DNA from: Lachnospiraceae bacterium
Lineage (GTDB): Bacteria > Bacillota > Clostridia > Lachnospirales > Lachnospiraceae
DNA: 64,000 nucleotides
NCBI GenBank assembly: GCA_024697225.1
Contig: JAILGA010000158.1
Span: forward strand, 6,898 to 70,897
Reading direction: 5' to 3'
Below are positions 59,379 to 64,000 of the stretch, piece by piece (within the stretch, counting starts at the first letter, position 1; each line of letters opens with the position of its first letter). The notes under the pieces are model-generated. The model was not told the DNA's origin. It ran no database searches and saw nothing but the letters and a program-made list of their open reading frames with translations. The translations under genes were made by a program, and so were the position numbers.

Positions 59379-60518
59379 TCAGACGATGGAGTAATACTCC
59401 GCATACCATTCTGCGAAGCGCGAAAGCCCCGTTCGCAGATCGATCCCGGGAGTGAAGCCGTAGTCGCGCGCAAGTCCCTCCGAATCGGCATAGGTCACCG
59501 GCACGTCGCCGGGCTGCATGGGAACGAGGTTCAGATGCTCATCGATGTCAAAATCCTGCGGCAGCACTCCCGCACGGATCAGTTCCTTGCCGAGAATGTG
59601 CACGAAATCCATGAGGTTCTCGGGTCTGCCGCCGCCGATGTTATAGACCGCATAAGGCGGGACGGGAAGCCCGTCTTCGCCGCAGGCTTTGGCCGGGGCT
59701 TTGCCCATGACACGCAGTACGCCCTCGACAATGTCGTCAACGTAGGTGAAATCACGTTTGCAGTTGCCGAAGTTGAAAATGTCAATGTTTTGTCCGGCAA
59801 CAAGCTTTTTCGTAAAGGAAAAATATGCCATGTCGGGTCGTCCCGCCGGGCCGTAGACCGTGAAAAAGCGCAGGCCTGTGGAAGGGATGTTGTAAAGCTT
59901 GCTGTAGCAATGTGCCAACAGCTCGTTGCTCTTCTTGGTGGCAGCATAGAGGCTGACGGGATGGTCCACATTGTCGTCTGTGCTGAAGGGAACCTTTTTG
60001 TTGCCGCCGTAGACAGAGGAGCTTGATGCATAGACCAGGTGCTCCAGAGCCTCGTCGTGCCTGCAGGCTTCGAGTATATTGTAAAAGCCTATGAGATTGC
60101 TTTCGACATACGCGTCCGGATTTTCTATGCTGTACCTGACACCCGCCTGAGCCGCGAGGTTCACAACGATCTGAGGCTTAAGATCTGTAAATATATCGTT
60201 CACGATTTCTTTGTCAGCGATGGATCCGCGGACGAAGGTGAATCGGGAGGAGCGGCTTAATCCCTCCTCGACAGCCGCATCGGCAGCGCGGTCCGATACT
60301 GCTCCGGCAGGGGCCGGCTGACCCGCGATACGGCAGAGATCCTCCAGGCGCCACTCCTTGAGTGCGGGATCGTAGTAATCGTTCATGTTGTCGATGCCGG
60401 TCACAGTCGCATCGGGAAACTCCGTAAGTATTCTCTTTGTAAGATAGTACCCGATGAAGCCCGCGGCACCCGTTATTAATATACGGCTTTCGTGTATGTT
60501 TACGGGCTGCTTATCCAT
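59379..60518 (-). CDS. NAD-dependent epimerase, UDP-glucuronate 4-epimerase-like
   Basis: TGAAGFIG, NLAAQAGVRYS, YAATK, RFFTVYGP, GRPDMA, QPGDV. Confidence 0.9.
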   Translation of the reverse strand: MDKQPVNIHESRILITGAAGFIGYYLTKRILTEFPDATVTGIDNMNDYYDPALKEWRLEDLCRIAGQPAPAGAVSDRAADAAVEEGLSRSSRFTFVRGSIADKEIVNDIFTDLKPQIVVNLAAQAGVRYSIENPDAYVESNLIGFYNILEACRHDEALEHLVYASSSSVYGGNKKVPFSTDDNVDHPVSLYAATKKSNELLAHCYSKLYNIPSTGLRFFTVYGPAGRPDMAYFSFTKKLVAGQNIDIFNFGNCKRDFTYVDDIVEGVLRVMGKAPAKACGEDGLPVPPYAVYNIGGGRPENLMDFVHILGKELIRAGVLPQDFDIDEHLNLVPMQPGDVPVTYADSEGLARDYGFTPGIDLRTGLSRFAEWYAEYYSIV

Positions 60519-60586
60519 GCTGTGTCCTCCTGCGTCTGTCTTCTGATCTCGCTCTCATCTTTGATTGCATGCATGATGAGCCCAAA

Positions 60587-60823
60587 TCACCCCTCAAGGT
60601 GCTCCTCAACAGTCTTCACCATGTCGCCGACGCTCTTAAAGCCAACGACTTCTTCAATCGTAAAATGTATATCAAAAGTCTCTTCCACGCCTGCGATTAT
60701 CTGCATCTGCGCAAATGAATCCCAGCCGTCTATGTCCTCTGCCGTGGTTTCTTCGGTCACGGCCAGTTCATCATCATCAAATACATCAGCCAAAACAAGT
60801 CTTATCTGTTCCAATATGTCCAT
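60587..60823 (-). CDS. Acyl carrier protein
   Basis: 78 aa, acidic, GWDS phosphopantetheine site, VEETFDI. Confidence 0.88.
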   Translation of the reverse strand: MDILEQIRLVLADVFDDDELAVTEETTAEDIDGWDSFAQMQIIAGVEETFDIHFTIEEVVGFKSVGDMVKTVEEHLEG

Positions 60824-60876
60824 AGTTTTCCTCTTTTCTGCAATAACAAGGGTGGCATTTTTCAGTGATGCATATA

Positions 60877-60905
60877 ATTATATCCGCAAGGGAGCAGTAA
60901 GACAA
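60877..60905 (-). promoter_or_regulatory. sigmaA-like promoter of acp-epimerase
   Basis: TTGTCT-N17-TATAAT. Confidence 0.6.
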
Positions 60906-60957
60906 GCATATACCAATGCGAGTCAGCGCAGTCGGTGCAAGTAGAATGAAGATACAC

Positions 60958-62352
60958 TCACCCGTAAGATATGAGTTCCTCAAAGATCGAGATGGCGAAG
61001 GGATCGGTCATGCCCGAGATGAAGTCGATTATCGATCTCACATAGATATCCGGAGTCTCTAACATTCCGTAGATCTTATCATTGTCGGTCATATTAACGG
61101 TAGCTGAGGCGGATCCGCTGCTTCCGCCAGACATTTCGCTGCTCTTTCCCTGCATTTCGCTGCCGTCAGCAGCGGTGTATCTGCTGCCCTTTCCCTGCAT
61201 TTCGCTGCCGCCAGCATTGCAGTCCGATGCCGCTGCCTTCACAGTAAGCTCCGGCGATGCATATTTACACAGCCATCCGGCAAAGGTACCGGTGAGTTTC
61301 GGATACGCCGAGGCGTACATATCCCGCAGACAGCATATCGTATCGGCTCCCGCATATGCTGCATAAAGCACGTCAAAGATGCTCTTTATCACAAGCTTCA
61401 CGTACTCTTTATATACATTGAACTTGGGGTTTCTGTAGATATGTCTGTAGTTGAAATCTTTGATCCTGTCAAAGAATTCCAGATTGCCGGGGCCCAGGCA
61501 TATGCCTTTTTCCGGCGTACTTGTGCGGCAGATGTCGCCTATCATCCCATGCATTATGCTCGTGGTATTGATCGCCCCGTCGCCCGAATACTCATCGCCC
61601 AGCTTCTTTAGTTCCTCCCTTGCGTCACCGGAAAGGAAGTTTAATGTCAGAGCGTCCTCGATATCCCGCCCCAGATATGCGATCTTATCGGAGATCTTGA
61701 CCGCGCAGCCCTCCCAGGTGTAGGGCATATACTGGCCGGGTGACCTGAAGAGATCAAGATCGAAATCCTCCTCCCTGGGGATCAGCCCGTTCTCATCCAC
61801 CTCGCCGCAGTGCGAAATGATGCCGTCGCGAACAGCATATGTAAGACACAGATTTTTTTCTACACCCTTGAGATCCGGCAGAAGCTCGATCTTATCGACA
61901 AAGCGCAGACCGTTGCGCTCGTGCCAGAAAAGTTTCTTTGCATCTTTGCCGAAGACGCGTTCCACATATTCCGTCGAAAGATGCTCACGCATCAGATCAT
62001 TCAGAACGGTCTCCCCCTCGTGTCCGAAAGGTGCGTGCCCCAGATCGTGACCGCAGGCTATGGCCCTGGTGAGTTCGGGATCGAGTCCGAGTCCCAGCGC
62101 GATCGAATGGCTCACTGCTTCGACATGCGCCACGTGCTCCATCCTCGTGCAGACGTGATCGTTGCTGATATTGAAGAACACCTGGGTCTTGTGCTTGAGC
62201 CGCCTGTAGGCATTGGAATGCAGGATCCGCGTATAGTCCCTGAAAAACGGATCTCTCGTGTCCGAAGCTGTCTCGTAAAGAGCATGCTCCCGTCTTGTTA
62301 GTTTTTCATATGAATGATTCCGGAATTCCTTCATATCTTTCCCGTCAAGCAT
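60958..62352 (-). CDS. HD-domain dNTP triphosphohydrolase (dGTPase family)
   Basis: RDYTRILHS, RRLKHKTQV, TRMEH, GHDLGHAPFGHEGE, DKIAYLGRDIED, DFISGMTD. Confidence 0.88.
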   Translation of the reverse strand: MLDGKDMKEFRNHSYEKLTRREHALYETASDTRDPFFRDYTRILHSNAYRRLKHKTQVFFNISNDHVCTRMEHVAHVEAVSHSIALGLGLDPELTRAIACGHDLGHAPFGHEGETVLNDLMREHLSTEYVERVFGKDAKKLFWHERNGLRFVDKIELLPDLKGVEKNLCLTYAVRDGIISHCGEVDENGLIPREEDFDLDLFRSPGQYMPYTWEGCAVKISDKIAYLGRDIEDALTLNFLSGDAREELKKLGDEYSGDGAINTTSIMHGMIGDICRTSTPEKGICLGPGNLEFFDRIKDFNYRHIYRNPKFNVYKEYVKLVIKSIFDVLYAAYAGADTICCLRDMYASAYPKLTGTFAGWLCKYASPELTVKAAASDCNAGGSEMQGKGSRYTAADGSEMQGKSSEMSGGSSGSASATVNMTDNDKIYGMLETPDIYVRSIIDFISGMTDPFAISIFEELISYG

Positions 62353-62770
62353 CTGCCTTCCTGTAAAGCAGAATGAGCACTGTCAGAAACGCACAGAAGA
62401 ACACAGACATGAACGCAGCCGATTCGACGGCAAATCTGTCAAAGACAAGCTCCGGATCCCCAGGGGCATACCTGATGGTCATACTGCTTCCGCCCCTGTA
62501 AAGAAACGGAAGCAGAGTCCTGAATTTCCCGTCATGCTTTATACCGTCTGCCTCATAAGTAAACTCGACATACCATACTTTTGAGTACTGTATGTCACTG
62601 TAATTGGTGTAGGAATCGCCTCTCTTAACATCGGTGATCACCGCGCCCGAAGTGACATAATCGCGGGCTCCGGCCACCTTCACCGCCGTGGTGATCACAA
62701 AGAACAGAAGTATCAATGTGACCGCCACAGCAATCGAAAGTATGGTCTTCTTTGAAGCCTTAACCTTCAT
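62345..62770 (-). CDS. Small 2-TM protein, DUF3592-like
   Basis: TM - VEFTYEADG...IRYAPGDPE - TM. Confidence 0.6.
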   Translation of the reverse strand: MKVKASKKTILSIAVAVTLILLFFVITTAVKVAGARDYVTSGAVITDVKRGDSYTNYSDIQYSKVWYVEFTYEADGIKHDGKFRTLLPFLYRGGSSMTIRYAPGDPELVFDRFAVESAAFMSVFFCAFLTVLILLYRKADA

Positions 62771-62780
62771 ATGAAGCGTA

Positions 62781-64000
62781 TCAGCCGGCCTTCTTCAGCT
62801 CGTCGCAGTTGTTGATCGCCTCGATGTCCGAACTGACTGTGTCATCGACAGCCGGATAACTGCCGTCCGCAGGCGCGTCAAATGTATCACTGTCATAGAC
62901 ACCGGGCGCATGGGGGTAGAACGTATTCCTCGGTATTACCGAATGTGTTTGTGCATCATAATCAAACACATGCCAGGAGGTTCCGACGAAGCCCTCCGGG
63001 ATCGCATACATATCGTACAGCGCATCACCGAAGTAGAGGTAAACCCTTGCGTCAGAGTAACTTAAGGCCATTGAACTTTCTCTGCCTCTGTTCGTATAGT
63101 CATGCAGATAGAAGCTGTACTTTCCGGAATTCTTAAGCTTCACGACAGTTGTGGTCTCAGGTCCGTAGCTGGTCACATCGTCCACATCCAGATTTACGGT
63201 CAGCTGTTCGTTTTCATAATAATTCTTACTGCCGTAATACACATGGAAACGTCCGCCGTTGCCGTTTGGTCCAAAGATATGTGAATCGACATCACTCGGG
63301 TTCTCGCCCCACGTAAGGACCACTCTCATCTCACCCTCAAGTTCGCCTTCATATTGATAATTCTCGGGGATAAGCACCACGTTTCCGCCGGATGCCGAGA
63401 CTCCGCTGACAACAAGTCTGATCGTGCGGGTGGTGTACTCCGCCTTGGATACGGTGAGGCCGTAATTTCCGGGTTTCAGAGTGAATTCATACTTGTGTCC
63501 CGTGATATCGCCCTCCTGTACCAGAGCACCATCCCTGAGATTCCTCAGCACATAATGAACATCATCAACATACGTTTCTCTGTGAATACCATCCATAATC
63601 ATACCGCTGACCTTCTTTGCCTCACCGTCGGCAACGCTGCGGTCGATCATGAGCGGTGTTTCAAGATACTTTGTCGCGTTCTTTTCAACCTTGGTATCGG
63701 CGTTATACAGCATATATCCCGTCGCCCTGACCTCGACCTTGTAATCCCCGGGTGCGAGATTGTCAAAGTTGAACCTGCCGTCGGCTCCCGTGGTCTTCGT
63801 CCTGACAGCGTGCTGTGTATGGGCGTCGAACAGTTTGATCTGCGCACCGGACAGCAGCTGTCCGGTCGCCGCGTCTTTGACGATACCGGTCAGTTCGCCT
63901 CTGCCAAAAGTACACTCATTAACTCTCTGTCCGTTCTCCACGTGCAGTTTCAGCTTACACGGGTTATCCGCATCATTTTTCAGCACCTCCCACTTGATCG
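62781..64000 (-). CDS. Surface protein with carboxypeptidase-regulatory-like repeats and a YfaP/DUF2135-like domain (5' part outside window)
   Basis: GIVKDAATG...GADGRFNFDNLAPGDY; VLTWGENPSDVDSH...LDVDDVTSYGPET. Confidence 0.7.
   Translation of the reverse strand, partial: IKWEVLKNDADNPCKLKLHVENGQRVNECTFGRGELTGIVKDAATGQLLSGAQIKLFDAHTQHAVRTKTTGADGRFNFDNLAPGDYKVEVRATGYMLYNADTKVEKNATKYLETPLMIDRSVADGEAKKVSGMIMDGIHRETYVDDVHYVLRNLRDGALVQEGDITGHKYEFTLKPGNYGLTVSKAEYTTRTIRLVVSGVSASGGNVVLIPENYQYEGELEGEMRVVLTWGENPSDVDSHIFGPNGNGGRFHVYYGSKNYYENEQLTVNLDVDDVTSYGPETTTVVKLKNSGKYSFYLHDYTNRGRESSMALSYSDARVYLYFGDALYDMYAIPEGFVGTSWHVFDYDAQTHSVIPRNTFYPHAPGVYDSDTFDAPADGSYPAVDDTVSSDIEAINNCDELKKAG

Noticed and set aside
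674-63284. Many long plus-strand ORFs (e.g. 2890-3765, 12717-14081, 27420-28523, 28865-29785, 54913-55755)
   Set aside because: Antisense shadows of well-supported minus-strand genes; no motifs or SD sequences

Overview
Chromosomal segment, most likely from a rumen or gut Lachnospiraceae (Butyrivibrio-like) bacterium; this is inferred from gene content (ptb-buk, the DUF5717/DUF5716-type block, eukaryote-type HisA, many secreted surface proteins). Almost all real genes lie on the minus strand, and most long plus-strand ORFs are antisense shadows. Left half: butyrate kinase pathway, EAL/HDOD protein, oppBCDFA, purB, an uncharacterised three-gene block (giant Ig/TPR-like protein, a protein readable as a lobe-deleted Hsp70 homologue fused to a TPR domain, and a 2-TM coiled-coil protein), MCP, flavodoxin, thyA, beta-CASP nuclease, trkAH, an atypical thrS, bactofilin with a degenerate M23, csp, hisA, dapAB. 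Right half: accessory islets (AAA-wHTH gene with a 3x21-bp operator-like array, an Rpn nuclease with an apparent intragenic antitoxin start, a truncated low-GC wHTH fragment), three GT-C-like membrane proteins, clostripain, a peptidase-S51-GGDEF-EAL fusion, and a surface cluster (S8 protease, SpaA-like adhesin, transglutaminase-like protein, an extremely acidic lipoprotein, lysozyme-like hydrolase). No rRNA, tRNA, CRISPR array or intact IS/prophage was seen. All family assignments come from motif reading, not database searches.
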